Source: Candidatus Omnitrophota bacterium
Lineage (GTDB): Bacteria > Omnitrophota > Gorgyraeia > Zapsychrales > Zapsychraceae
Length of the DNA stretch: 62,323 bases
NCBI GenBank assembly: GCA_016212005.1
Contig: JACRHP010000052.1
Span: 1-62,323 of the forward strand
Direction of reading: 5' to 3'
The notes beneath the pieces are model-generated. The model did not search any database, was not told the origin of the DNA, and was given only the letters and a program-made list of their open reading frames with translations. Each line of letters opens with the position of its first letter. Positions within the stretch are counted from its first letter, which is position 1. This document shows, in pieces, positions 18,701 through 27,286 of the stretch. A program made the translations under genes and the position numbers.

Positions 18701-20214
18701 TCGACCGTCATTTCGCGGGAGGCAATGAAGCCTACATGAGGACCGGATGGGGCCCCAAAGCGACCATTGTGGGTTTTCGCAGCAAACCGGCCTTTACCAT
18801 GACCTCTCACAGTGACTTCGACGTCAATACCTTCGTCATCCATCGCGACGGCGGGCCGCTGGCGCCGGATTCCGGTGTCTATGACGCCTATGAACAGCAA
18901 AGAAATTATATGCAATATCAAAAAAATACGATTGCCCATAACAATCTACTAATTATCAACCCCGCAGATCCAGATGGCCCCAAAAAATTATCACTTGCGC
19001 CGGATCCGGGTGGTGTTGATTTACGTTCCACAAGAACTTTTTCAGCGCCAAATTCATTTTTACATTCTGTATTTGTAGAAAACGATCCGACACCGAACTG
19101 GGCGGATATTGCCAAGTTCGAAACCCAGCCAGGATACGCCTATCTGGTCGGCGACGGGAAGGAAGCCTATGGCAGCCGTTTGAGCAAATACGACCGCAAC
19201 CTGGCTTTCTTGCGTAAAGGCAATGACGAGGGGTATTTGATTATCTTCGACCGCGTCACCGCCGCCAGTTCAACGTATAAGAAAAAATGGCTGCTTCACA
19301 CCGTTAACGAACCTGTCTTAAACGGTAAAATCATCGGCACGCAAGTGCCTGGACATATCGAGACCTACGATGGTGATTCTATAACGACGACCAGCTATGA
19401 AGGGACTTCGAAGCTGCACGCGAAAGTGCTCCTGCCGGCCGGCCACAGTATCCGGCGTATCGGTGGAGAAATACTCCATACCAACGGAACTGTCAATGTC
19501 GACTACGGCAGTGATAAAGTGGTCGGCAATGGAACGACGTTCGCCCAAGTCATGGTGGGGCATTATTTCCACGTCAATAAGGACAAGACATCGACTGTGC
19601 CATCCGGTTATGATGGCTTTTACGATTGGTATCAAATTAAAAGCGTGGAGGATGCCGCACACCTGACGTTGAGCCGGGCATATACAAAGACAGCTCTCAA
19701 CGAACCCTACACGATCAATCAAGGTTATCAGTACTGGGTCGATGGAACAACACCCAAAAACATCTTCGTAACGGGCTCCACGAAAGCCACAGTAGACAGC
19801 GCATTGACCGGCAAGGCCTGGCAGCACATGGGGCAGGGAAGGATCGAACTGATGCCGCCCGACGGCAATAAAACTGATTATTTCCTTGTGGCTATGTCCA
19901 TTGGTGATATCAATTCAATCATGCCGGCGAACACATCACTCGTGGAAAACAAAACCGGCGACGCGATGGAAGGCGTTCTCATCGACAATAAGGTCGTTAT
20001 GTTTGGGCAGACAGGGAATGCGATCTCCCAGACATCGTTCAAAGTTAACTACAATGGCCCGGTGGATTTTATGATTGCGGATTTAAATCCCGGCCAAACA
20101 TACAGCGTACGCAAGGAGGGGGCCTTACTTTTTACCAGGACGGCTTCCAGCCAGGGGACCATCAGTTTCAGTGATAACCCCGGCTCAAGCGGCGCGACAT
20201 ATTCGCTCTTATAA
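15745..20214 (+). CDS. Large secreted modular protein: two CBM6/35-like domains, Myxococcus-type Cys-rich repeats (DUF4215-like), heparinase II/III-like lyase region
   Basis: Signal peptide ending ARA; duplicated ASGGKF..NDDSF..REDG.KID domain; many CGDG..EQCDD.N...GDGCS repeats; C-terminal region paralogous to 5887..8229. Confidence 0.8.
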   Translation: MNRINTLRSKIGIVVCSFVTALVMVNTARAADLYVETESAATLTAPMQIASDATASGGKFIYIPNGNGVSYSVPGKGTASYTINIPQNGTYALWGRIIAQYPNDDSFFIQVDSGTNYTWPTPAGSTWHWARVKDMFHHSYVTLSLSAGVHTISVKHREDGAKIDKLFLTDDMAFVPSGLGGDSASAEVCGNGTLEGTEQCDDGNAVSGDGCTASCTLEKCGDTVVQSGLGEICDENTQSCTTSNGYRGTQTCNAQCSAFSACVSTESCGDGTVNGSEQCDDANTRGGDGCSSVCLAESAQTNDPAIWIETENADSVAAPMEIVADTTASGGKFVYVPNGKGTSLSVPAPGMASYTVTIPKDGNYVLWGKVIAQYSNDDSFFVQVDSGTNYTWNTPDGNTWHWARVKDMFQGNITFPLSAGVHTIKVKQREDGTKIDQLFLTDDLNRIPEDNTPPPAPIVTAACGNGVVESPEGCDDGNLSSGDGCSTTCTLESCGDGIVQTGEQCDDHNTIAGDGCSETCKTEFCGDGILQTGLGEQCDKAGTSLVSCTTTTGYTGTKTCSATCTFGTCVSNETCGDGIVQSVEECDDHNTVNLDGCSAQCLLEKTKASLDQEGMARVQALEAKLNNMTIVPTHPRIFLNQENLAELRSKTGQAAWNAVLSKATQSDLISSALGYLMLEQSNPGQALIYANNVFNNINNATYVNWCATGQYDLTPRINVAIASLAFDWAYNGLTEAQRSIIINKLAAAADIVAKKKEIDDGVVPQIGSSACYKNATKGETFHREEWAFYAFEVWPEIALAGHHPDAEAVYKTRWDYRWYWGDAARMEAYVNDGTPFEGYYFGNDGVSWFLPLKTATGINLVDGSDSTWNRDAAYYMLYRFDIANSRETMHKGVATSNLATNSFLKSVTDTWKLREHISRTFSIGAKKDPYLQWFINNKIDRFSSWLMTNNYFGSVTALYDVSKLLFYDAAAPQKDPTTATYAELPFDRHFAGGNEAYMRTGWGPKATIVGFRSKPAFTMTSHSDFDVNTFVIHRDGGPLAPDSGVYDAYEQQRNYMQYQKNTIAHNNLLIINPADPDGPKKLSLAPDPGGVDLRSTRTFSAPNSFLHSVFVENDPTPNWADIAKFETQPGYAYLVGDGKEAYGSRLSKYDRNLAFLRKGNDEGYLIIFDRVTAASSTYKKKWLLHTVNEPVLNGKIIGTQVPGHIETYDGDSITTTSYEGTSKLHAKVLLPAGHSIRRIGGEILHTNGTVNVDYGSDKVVGNGTTFAQVMVGHYFHVNKDKTSTVPSGYDGFYDWYQIKSVEDAAHLTLSRAYTKTALNEPYTINQGYQYWVDGTTPKNIFVTGSTKATVDSALTGKAWQHMGQGRIELMPPDGNKTDYFLVAMSIGDINSIMPANTSLVENKTGDAMEGVLIDNKVVMFGQTGNAISQTSFKVNYNGPVDFMIADLNPGQTYSVRKEGALLFTRTASSQGTISFSDNPGSSGATYSLL

Positions 20215-20222
20215 CATATATA

Positions 20223-20260
20223 TGTCGTATCACCGCAACAAGTGTTGAGTTATTTAAACA
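20223..20260. promoter_or_regulatory. Putative tandem enhancer (UAS) for a sigma-54 activator
   Basis: Two TGT-N12-ACA sites at 20223-20240 and 20243-20260. Confidence 0.5.
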
Positions 20261-20268
20261 GCTAAAAG

Positions 20269-20306
20269 ATAGGACAGTCCAAGACAAACCAGGACTGTCC
20301 TATTTT
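20269..20306 (+). terminator. Intrinsic terminator
   Basis: ATAGGACAGTCC/GGACTGTCCTAT stem followed by a T run. Confidence 0.7.
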
Positions 20307-20395
20307 CATTATTTATTCCTCCGTATAACATATCCTATCTCACAATATCCCAATATGTTATAAAACATAGAAAATCACTCATAAACAACATAACC

Positions 20396-20412
20396 TTGGC
20401 ACGCAATTTGCT
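20396..20412 (+). promoter_or_regulatory. sigma-54 (-24/-12) promoter
   Basis: TTGGCACGCAATTTGCT, an exact match to TGGCAC-N5-TTGC. Confidence 0.85.
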
Positions 20413-20443
20413 CTTACCAAAGGTACATGGAGTATCAGAACCT

Positions 20444-21304
20444 ATGAAACTGGTAAGAGAAAAAATTGCGAACGCGGCCTTCATGATGACGATGATCATC
20501 GCGGCCGTTCTTTTTGTCAGCACCGCCTGGGCCACGTTATCTTTTATTGCACCCCACGACGCCACGCCGGCCGCGGGCGCCGGCCAATCTATCCAGCAAA
20601 CAACAGCCGCTTCACTCGACCAGACGGAAAAGCCCAGATCACGCGCGCCGGAACCATCCACCATAATGCTTTTCGGAAGCGGTATTTTGGGCATGGTCGC
20701 CGGTTTTGTCCGCAGGACCTATCACGCGGTTAAACGCGTCTTTGACATCGCCGCCTCAATTTGCGGAATTATTTTGCTGTCTCCGCTTTTTCTGGTTACG
20801 GCTCTTCTCATTAAATGCACATCCAGAGGACCGGTCTTGTTCACGCAAACCCGCGTGGGCAAGGATGGAGAGCTGTTCAACATTTATAAATTCCGTACCA
20901 TGCGCGTGGATGCCGAAAAGCAAACCGGTCCCGTGTGGGCCGCCGATAATGATCCCCGACTTATCCCGGTCGGAAGATTTTTGCGCAAAGCGCACATTGA
21001 CGAGATCCCGCAATTCATCAACATCCTCAAAGGGGACATGAGCTTGATCGGCCCGCGGCCGGAACGTCCCATATTTGTTGAAAAATTCATGGAAGAGATC
21101 TCAGATTACGAAAAGCGTCTGGCGGTTAAACCGGGCCTCACCGGACTGGCCCAGGTGTGGCACAAGTACGATGAAACCGTGGAAGACGTCCGGAAAAAGA
21201 TCAAATACGATCTTCTCTATATTAAGAAGCTCTGCCTGTGGACGGATATGCGCATTCTTTTCCGCACCATTCGTGTCGTTTTTACGGGCGAAGGAGCAAG
21301 GTAA
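20444..21304 (+). CDS. Priming sugar (phosphoglycosyl) transferase with N-terminal signal peptide and internal PEP-CTERM motif
   Basis: KRVFD, YKFRTM, DPR, IDEIPQ, GPRPERP and KPGLTGLAQV; preceded by APEPSTIMLFGSGILGMVAGFVRR. Start ATG 20444 after a GGAG RBS. Confidence 0.9.
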   Translation: MKLVREKIANAAFMMTMIIAAVLFVSTAWATLSFIAPHDATPAAGAGQSIQQTTAASLDQTEKPRSRAPEPSTIMLFGSGILGMVAGFVRRTYHAVKRVFDIAASICGIILLSPLFLVTALLIKCTSRGPVLFTQTRVGKDGELFNIYKFRTMRVDAEKQTGPVWAADNDPRLIPVGRFLRKAHIDEIPQFINILKGDMSLIGPRPERPIFVEKFMEEISDYEKRLAVKPGLTGLAQVWHKYDETVEDVRKKIKYDLLYIKKLCLWTDMRILFRTIRVVFTGEGAR

Positions 21305-21357
21305 CACAGTCATTTTATTTTAATTAAAACCAGATGTGGAACGAAGGGGGGAGAGAA

Positions 21358-22221
21358 ATGAAAAAGGTTCTATCATTTATTGCAGCAATGGTAATTGGGC
21401 TGTTTACGTCTCAATCGGCAAGTGCCTTTCCCATGTTCGCAAACAGCGCAACGTGAGGACCGGATTTGGTTCACGAATTGAACATCACTGGAGGTAGCGG
21501 CTCATTGGTTCAGAACTACAATGTATCCACCGGGAACGGCCGTGGCGTGGTTCTTGTGGGCAACACCATCTATTCGACCGAATCCGGACCCGGCGGCAAT
21601 ATTTTCGGGGGAAGTAATCTGATCTATAAGACAGACAGAACGACAGGATTACCATTGGGTACGATTACTGTGTCTGCTCTTCCGGCCGGTGCAGCCATGT
21701 CCACCCTCGCGTGGGATGGAACTCACTTCTGGACATCGGAGTACCTCGGCGGGAATCACGGCTATAGAATCGACACTTCCGGCAACATTGTTAAGACTAT
21801 TACCCTTGGTTTGGCGGGTTCCAACATGGATGGAATGGAATACTTCAATGGCAAATTGATTGTCAACCGTGGCGATACGGTCGGGCCGTATGATGTTTAC
21901 GATCTCGACGGCACTGTGCTCCAAGCGGCATTTATTACTCCTGGTTATGCTACTACCGGCATCGCTTTCGACGGAACAGACTTCTTTACATCCAACATCT
22001 TCGGGAGTGCTTTGTCTCAGTGGGATGGGACGACCGGGGCATTCAAGAATAATATCCCTCTGACTGGCGGCTCCTTCCTTATCGAGGACTTATCCGTTGA
22101 CTATGCCTTGCGTGAGGATACCGGTGGCAACGGCGGTCCCGTGATCCCGGAACCGGCAAGCATGTTGCTTTTAAGCAGCGGATTGTTAGGTATGGCCGGC
22201 GTTCGCAGAAAGAATACGTAA
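21358..22221 (+). pseudogene. PEP-CTERM protein (beta-rich) interrupted by an in-frame TGA at 21454-21456
   Basis: RBS + MKKVLSFIAAMVIGLFTSQSASA-FPMFANSAT*GPDLVHEL, in frame with ORF 21466..22221, which ends IPEPASMLLLSSGLLGMAGVRRKNT. Confidence 0.75.
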
Positions 22222-22261
22222 TTTAGATACACTAGTTTAGCCGAAAGAGGAAAGGAAAAAA

Positions 22262-22990
22262 ATGAAAAAAGTATTCGCGATCTTGGTTTTGGGCGTAACC
22301 ATCCTTGGGGTCAACTTGAAAAGTGCCGATGCCTTTACGGCAATTAGCGGCACATTCGCCGATCCCAGTGGGTTAACTTTTGGGACATATTCATCCGGCG
22401 CGGAAGGGTACGGCTGGACGCCGCCAACTTATTATGGATGGAACGGTGCTTGTAACCCGGCGGGGTCGGGAGATTGCTTCTCTAAAAATGGCAATGCCCG
22501 GGACTGGTATTGGATCCAGGACACTAGCGGCCCGAACAACGCGGCTTCGACCGGCCTCATTTATGACCTGGGCGGACAAGCGAACAAAGTGGTTGTTTTC
22601 CCTTTAATTGATCATGACCCCGTAGGGCCGGAAAGCTGGGAATACAATGTCTATCTTTCCAATGATCTGTCAACCTGGACACCGGCCACATTGATTGAAT
22701 ACTACACGGAAGGCTGGTCTCCCAATCCGGATATTTCTGATGGATATACGACTGTTTGGGAATTAGGCTCAAGCTTGACAGCCAGATACGCTTCTATTAC
22801 TGCGGGTAATAACGGAAACCCTGATTCATCTTTTTATTATGATAGTTTCGATAATGAAATTGACGCGGTGGCAGGTCTCACCGAACAAGGGGGAGGCCTT
22901 GGCAACAACGCCGTTCCCGAACCGGCAAGCATGTTGCTTTTTGGCAGCGGCTTGGTTGGTTTTGTCGTTAACCGCAGGAGAAAAAGCTAA
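22262..22990 (+). CDS. PEP-CTERM surface protein
   Basis: Signal peptide; ends VPEPASMLLFGSGLVGFVVNRRRKS. Confidence 0.9.
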   Translation: MKKVFAILVLGVTILGVNLKSADAFTAISGTFADPSGLTFGTYSSGAEGYGWTPPTYYGWNGACNPAGSGDCFSKNGNARDWYWIQDTSGPNNAASTGLIYDLGGQANKVVVFPLIDHDPVGPESWEYNVYLSNDLSTWTPATLIEYYTEGWSPNPDISDGYTTVWELGSSLTARYASITAGNNGNPDSSFYYDSFDNEIDAVAGLTEQGGGLGNNAVPEPASMLLFGSGLVGFVVNRRRKS

Positions 22991-23070
22991 CAACAGTTTT
23001 CAACATCTTCGGATGTTTCATATAAATCAGGTAAAAAATAACAAACGTTAAGAAATCAATGGGGGAGAAG

Positions 23071-23931
23071 ATGAAAAAATTAAACTTAATCCTGGGCATC
23101 ATGGCTGCCGTTGTTCTTACGGCCACCTGCGCCTCGGCACAACCGTTTTCGCCAGGCATGGCCGCGGACACATACGGCATTGCCCAGGGCGGTAGCAACC
23201 TGTTGGGGGTTCCGACGCCAAATGACAATAATGATAACCTGTTGGGATCACCGAATCCTGCGGATATCAACGATGCCATCAATTTATTGCTTGGCACAAG
23301 CTATACCCGCAACTCCGATGTGGATTTCTTACAATGGACATCGGGCGATAATTCTTGGATCGATTTAAGCACCACAGAGGCCAAGGCTACCTATGCCATT
23401 ATCAGCCTTACGGCGTCCAATTCAAACACCCTCGGTGTTTATAAAGTTTCTGATCCAATCGGCACAAAGGCAGAAGTCCTTGGGCCATACCACGGATTTG
23501 GCTTTAAGGGTTTCGGAACTGCTGTGAGTCCCTTCCCGGCAGGTCTATCTCCTTATACGGGGGGAGAAAATTTCGGGTGGTATCTAAAATCTGTTGGTTT
23601 CCCAACCGTAAATTACTGGTACTCTCAGCCTACGCTCAACGTGGATGCGATGGATCACATGTTGACCTATCACCTCGGAGATCTAGCAGGACAGAGCGTC
23701 TGGATCAAGGTCGGATCCGGGGATCCTTACGAATACACGTTTTACGACCCCTTCTTAATTGCTTTTGAAGATATTAAGAAGCTGGGGAATGGCAAACTTG
23801 GCGATGAAGATTTCGATGATACGATTTTCTTAGTTGATCGTGTTCATCCAGTCCCGGAGCCAGCAACTATGGCGCTTTTGGGCAGTGGGTTGATGGGATT
23901 AGGCGGGTTGCGCAGAAGGAAATTGAGCTAA
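23071..23931 (+). CDS. PEP-CTERM surface protein (DUF4114-like C-terminal region)
   Basis: Signal peptide; IAFED...DEDFDD; ends VPEPATMALLGSGLMGLGGLRRRKLS. Confidence 0.9.
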   Translation: MKKLNLILGIMAAVVLTATCASAQPFSPGMAADTYGIAQGGSNLLGVPTPNDNNDNLLGSPNPADINDAINLLLGTSYTRNSDVDFLQWTSGDNSWIDLSTTEAKATYAIISLTASNSNTLGVYKVSDPIGTKAEVLGPYHGFGFKGFGTAVSPFPAGLSPYTGGENFGWYLKSVGFPTVNYWYSQPTLNVDAMDHMLTYHLGDLAGQSVWIKVGSGDPYEYTFYDPFLIAFEDIKKLGNGKLGDEDFDDTIFLVDRVHPVPEPATMALLGSGLMGLGGLRRRKLS

Positions 23932-24039
23932 TACAAATTCGGGTTTGAGCGGGGTCATGATTCTTCATCCCCCGGAGATTCAGCGGCCCGGTAAACTCGC
24001 GAGCAATATGACGGTAAGATAACGGAAAAACGATACCGG

Positions 24040-24080
24040 CAAAAAAGGCAGATTATTCAAAAGATAATCTGCCTTTTTTG
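24040..24080. terminator. Bidirectional intrinsic terminator
   Basis: CAAAAAAGGCAGATTAT/ATAATCTGCCTTTTTTG. Confidence 0.85.
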
Positions 24081-24121
24081 TGGGCGCGCGATTCCAGCAT
24101 CCGTTTTCCCAGCATCCGTTG

Positions 24122-24150
24122 TTGACAGGGCATGGAAGCTGTGTTAGAAT
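24122..24150 (+). promoter_or_regulatory. sigma70 promoter of the regulatory operon
   Basis: TTGACA-N17-TAGAAT with extended TG. Confidence 0.75.
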
Positions 24151-24205
24151 TTACCCAATTCACAATTCATTTAATGACAAGTAGTTATTAAACGTTAGGT
24201 CAGGC

Positions 24206-25075
24206 ATGGACAAAAAATCATCAAAGCAGATCGGCAAGATCCTCAAGGAATCCGTCAACGCTTTTGTAGCCAACCCCGTTATCCTTTTTCCATTTATAAC
24301 AACGGCCTTTATCCAGTTACTTGTTCTGGAGGTCCTTTACTTCTCGGCACAGTTTCCTCTGGTCTATTTCTTCGGCCCTGTCATCAGCCGTTTCTATGGG
24401 GAAACGTATCTCCATTACCCGCAGCACTTGTTAATACTGCCCCAATGGCTGCAGACGTCCCAATACCTCATTTTCATCTTTATCAACGGTTTCCTGATCG
24501 CCGTCGCCATCGAGATCATTAAAAATATCAACCTCGGCAAGAAAACATCCTTCCCCGACGCCTTGCGCGTGACACTGCCGCAATACGTCCATGTGTGTAT
24601 CGCCGCCATCCTTTCGTTTGTTTTGTATTTCGGACTCGCGAACCTCCATGGCGCGGTCATCGCCAGGGCATTGCATATCCGCTCCCAGGGGGGGGTCTTT
24701 TACTGGATCAAGGCAGCCGTTGTCTACAGCGCCCCGTATATCAACCTCCTGATCGGGGTCCTGGTCACGGCCATTTTCGCCTTTGTCCTGCCAATCATCG
24801 TCATTGAACGAAAAAAGGTCTTTGCCGCCATTATTGAAAACTTCAAGCACATGAAAAGTTCTTTCGGGTTTATCTTTCCGATCGTTTTGGTGCCGACGCT
24901 TTTTTATATACCCATATTGCTTCTGCAGACCAATTTATCCGCGGTCGCCAGCCTGACATTTGAAGGGATAAGGCTTCTGTGCCTCGTCCTGGGGATATTC
25001 GTCATGGCACTGATTGACGCGACGGTTTATACCGCGGTCACAACCCATTACTTGTTAAAGAAAGAAAACTCATGA
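24206..25075 (+). CDS. Polytopic membrane protein of unknown function
   Basis: About six hydrophobic helices; ATGA-coupled to the next gene. Confidence 0.7.
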   Translation: MDKKSSKQIGKILKESVNAFVANPVILFPFITTAFIQLLVLEVLYFSAQFPLVYFFGPVISRFYGETYLHYPQHLLILPQWLQTSQYLIFIFINGFLIAVAIEIIKNINLGKKTSFPDALRVTLPQYVHVCIAAILSFVLYFGLANLHGAVIARALHIRSQGGVFYWIKAAVVYSAPYINLLIGVLVTAIFAFVLPIIVIERKKVFAAIIENFKHMKSSFGFIFPIVLVPTLFYIPILLLQTNLSAVASLTFEGIRLLCLVLGIFVMALIDATVYTAVTTHYLLKKENS

Positions 25076-25971
25076 AGAAACTTCTTCTGACATATCTGGC
25101 CGTTCTCAGCGGAGTTTTTATTGTCTTGTCCCTTTGGGGGTTAAACAGCGATTACGCGATCGAGCAGATGGCGTGGAAGACCCAGAAAGAATATTTTGAC
25201 ATCCTCAAAGACCCCAAGGTCATCCCCGAGCAGACCTTTAATAAAGTCATCGCTGGTTACGAGAAGGTCATCCAGCGTCACCCCGATTCCAGGATGGTCC
25301 CGGGGCTACGCTTCCTGGCCGCGCATGTTTATTACCTGAAGAAAGATTACGCGACCGCCCGCCAGAAGTTTGAGGAGATCATCAAGCTTTACCCCTCCAA
25401 CAATGAGCTCCATGCCGAATCTCTGGCCGCCATCGCGCACACCTATGAAGCTGAAAACAACTGGCCGCAGGCCCAAAAGGTCTATAACGGCATCTTCACG
25501 GAATTCCCCAAAACCCAAACAGGTATGGGTGTTCCTATTTATCTGGCCAGTTATTATAAGGGAAAAAATGATTATCAAAAAACCATGGAGGCTTACGAGC
25601 GCGCCATCCAGCACTACGCGCAACTGGCTTCACAGAACCCGGATTCGCCGGTTGAATTCAACGCCCTGCGGTATCTTTCCAATTGCTACCTGGAGCAAAA
25701 ACGCTGGAGGGAGGCCGTGGAGACGCTGGGCAAAGTCATGGTCAAATACGGCCGGGGCAATTACATGAACCTGCGCACGGCGGAAACGATCATCAAAACG
25801 ATCAACGCGGTTTCCATCTATCAAATCAAAGACTATGACCTTCCCATCCAGATATACCAAAATATCATCCAGCAAAACCCGGATCACCCTTTGAACGCTT
25901 ATTTCCAGAAAGTGATCGGCGCCCTGAACACTTTAAAAGCCAAGGCCGTTCAAGTTACACCGGTAAAATAA
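25072..25971 (+). CDS. Membrane-anchored TPR protein
   Basis: N-terminal TM; repeated A..Y..(Y/H/F/N)P TPR-like units. Confidence 0.8.
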   Translation: MKKLLLTYLAVLSGVFIVLSLWGLNSDYAIEQMAWKTQKEYFDILKDPKVIPEQTFNKVIAGYEKVIQRHPDSRMVPGLRFLAAHVYYLKKDYATARQKFEEIIKLYPSNNELHAESLAAIAHTYEAENNWPQAQKVYNGIFTEFPKTQTGMGVPIYLASYYKGKNDYQKTMEAYERAIQHYAQLASQNPDSPVEFNALRYLSNCYLEQKRWREAVETLGKVMVKYGRGNYMNLRTAETIIKTINAVSIYQIKDYDLPIQIYQNIIQQNPDHPLNAYFQKVIGALNTLKAKAVQVTPVK

Positions 25972-25990
25972 GAAGCGGGGTGGAAGCATC

Positions 25991-27286
25991 ATGGGCTTGT
26001 TCACCAAGACAGAGCAGGATGAAAACACGCAAGTTGAGGCGCTTCAGAAAGTTAATGAAATCTGCGCGCTTGTCACTACCGTCCTTAACGAACAGGATCT
26101 CCTCGAACAATCTCTCCAGCAGACCATGCGCCTTTTTGGGGCAACCCGGGCGTCCGTTTTTATCCTTGGCGAAAATGGTAAAGATCTGATCATGCGCTGC
26201 GCTTCAGGCATGCAGCGCGCCGAACAGGAAAAAATGGTCAAAAAAATGGGGGAGGGGATCGTCGGCCATGTCGCCAGACGCAAGCTTCCCATCGTGGTAG
26301 ACGACATCGAAAACGACGCCCGTTTCCACGATTTCAAGGCGCGTAAAAGCTACCGGACGCCTTCTTTCATATGCGCGCCTCTTATGATCAAAGACAAGCT
26401 GCTCGGTGTCGTCAATATCGCGGACAAAGGGTCGGGGTTATGTTTTACCCAAAACGAGATGCAGCTGCTCGATTTTCTTTCCACCCAGATCGCCCTCAAT
26501 TACCGCCGCATCGAACTTTATCAAAAGTTCAAGATCATGGTCCGGGAAACCCGGACACTCAAGGACCGTCTCGGCCAAAGCGACCAGGAGGCCAAAACCC
26601 TCAAAAAACAGGTCCACATCAATGAACGCCTCGCCACGATCGGTAAGTTGGCCGGAGGGATCGCCCATGAATTCAACAATCCGCTTGACGGCGTCATCCG
26701 CTACACGAACCTTTGTCTGGAACACACCAAAGATGACGAGGTTGTCCGCGGGTATCTTCTGGAAATCAAGCACGGCCTTAACCGCATGGCCAATATCGTG
26801 AAAAACCTGCTGGCGTGCTCGCGCAACGAATTCCAGCCGGGAGAACGTGTCAGTTTCCAACAAATACTGGAGCGTTCTCTGGCAAGCGTACATACCGAAG
26901 TTGAACATAAGAATATCAAAATCGAAAGAAAAATTGAAGAAAATATCCCGCCTCTCCGGGACCTGGGACTGGAACATATCCTGACGAATATACTCCGCAA
27001 CGCCGTCGAAGCCACCGGCCCCAGCGGAGGCAAAATTACTATTGAAGCTCAATGCCAGGAGAAACAACTTCAGATCAAGATCCGCGATACGGGTGCGGGT
27101 ATCCCCTCCGCGGAGATCGAAAAAATCTTTGAACCGTTTTACACAACCAAGGCCATGGACAAGGGCTGCGGCCTCGGCTTGACCATCGTCGCTGAAATCA
27201 TCAAAAGTTACGGCGGGAAAATCCGGGTCGAAAGCGAACCGGGCGACGGGACGCTGTTTCTGATTGCCTTACCTTTACAACAATGA
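25991..27286 (+). CDS. GAF-domain sensor histidine kinase (cytoplasmic)
   Basis: GAF (GEGIVGHV); H-box IAHEFNNPL; N, G1 (DTGAGI), F (FEPFYTTK) and G2 (GCGLGL) boxes. Confidence 0.9.
   Translation: MGLFTKTEQDENTQVEALQKVNEICALVTTVLNEQDLLEQSLQQTMRLFGATRASVFILGENGKDLIMRCASGMQRAEQEKMVKKMGEGIVGHVARRKLPIVVDDIENDARFHDFKARKSYRTPSFICAPLMIKDKLLGVVNIADKGSGLCFTQNEMQLLDFLSTQIALNYRRIELYQKFKIMVRETRTLKDRLGQSDQEAKTLKKQVHINERLATIGKLAGGIAHEFNNPLDGVIRYTNLCLEHTKDDEVVRGYLLEIKHGLNRMANIVKNLLACSRNEFQPGERVSFQQILERSLASVHTEVEHKNIKIERKIEENIPPLRDLGLEHILTNILRNAVEATGPSGGKITIEAQCQEKQLQIKIRDTGAGIPSAEIEKIFEPFYTTKAMDKGCGLGLTIVAEIIKSYGGKIRVESEPGDGTLFLIALPLQQ

Noticed and set aside
21454-21500. Selenocysteine or genetic-code-25 reading of the TGA
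   Set aside because: No Cys/redox context, no convincing SECIS, and TGA is used as a stop in coupled genes (e.g. 993-995, 10721-10723).
24688-24695. G8 tract (and A9 near 10999) as phase-variation sites
   Set aside because: The tracts are short and both genes are in frame; there is no evidence without reads.
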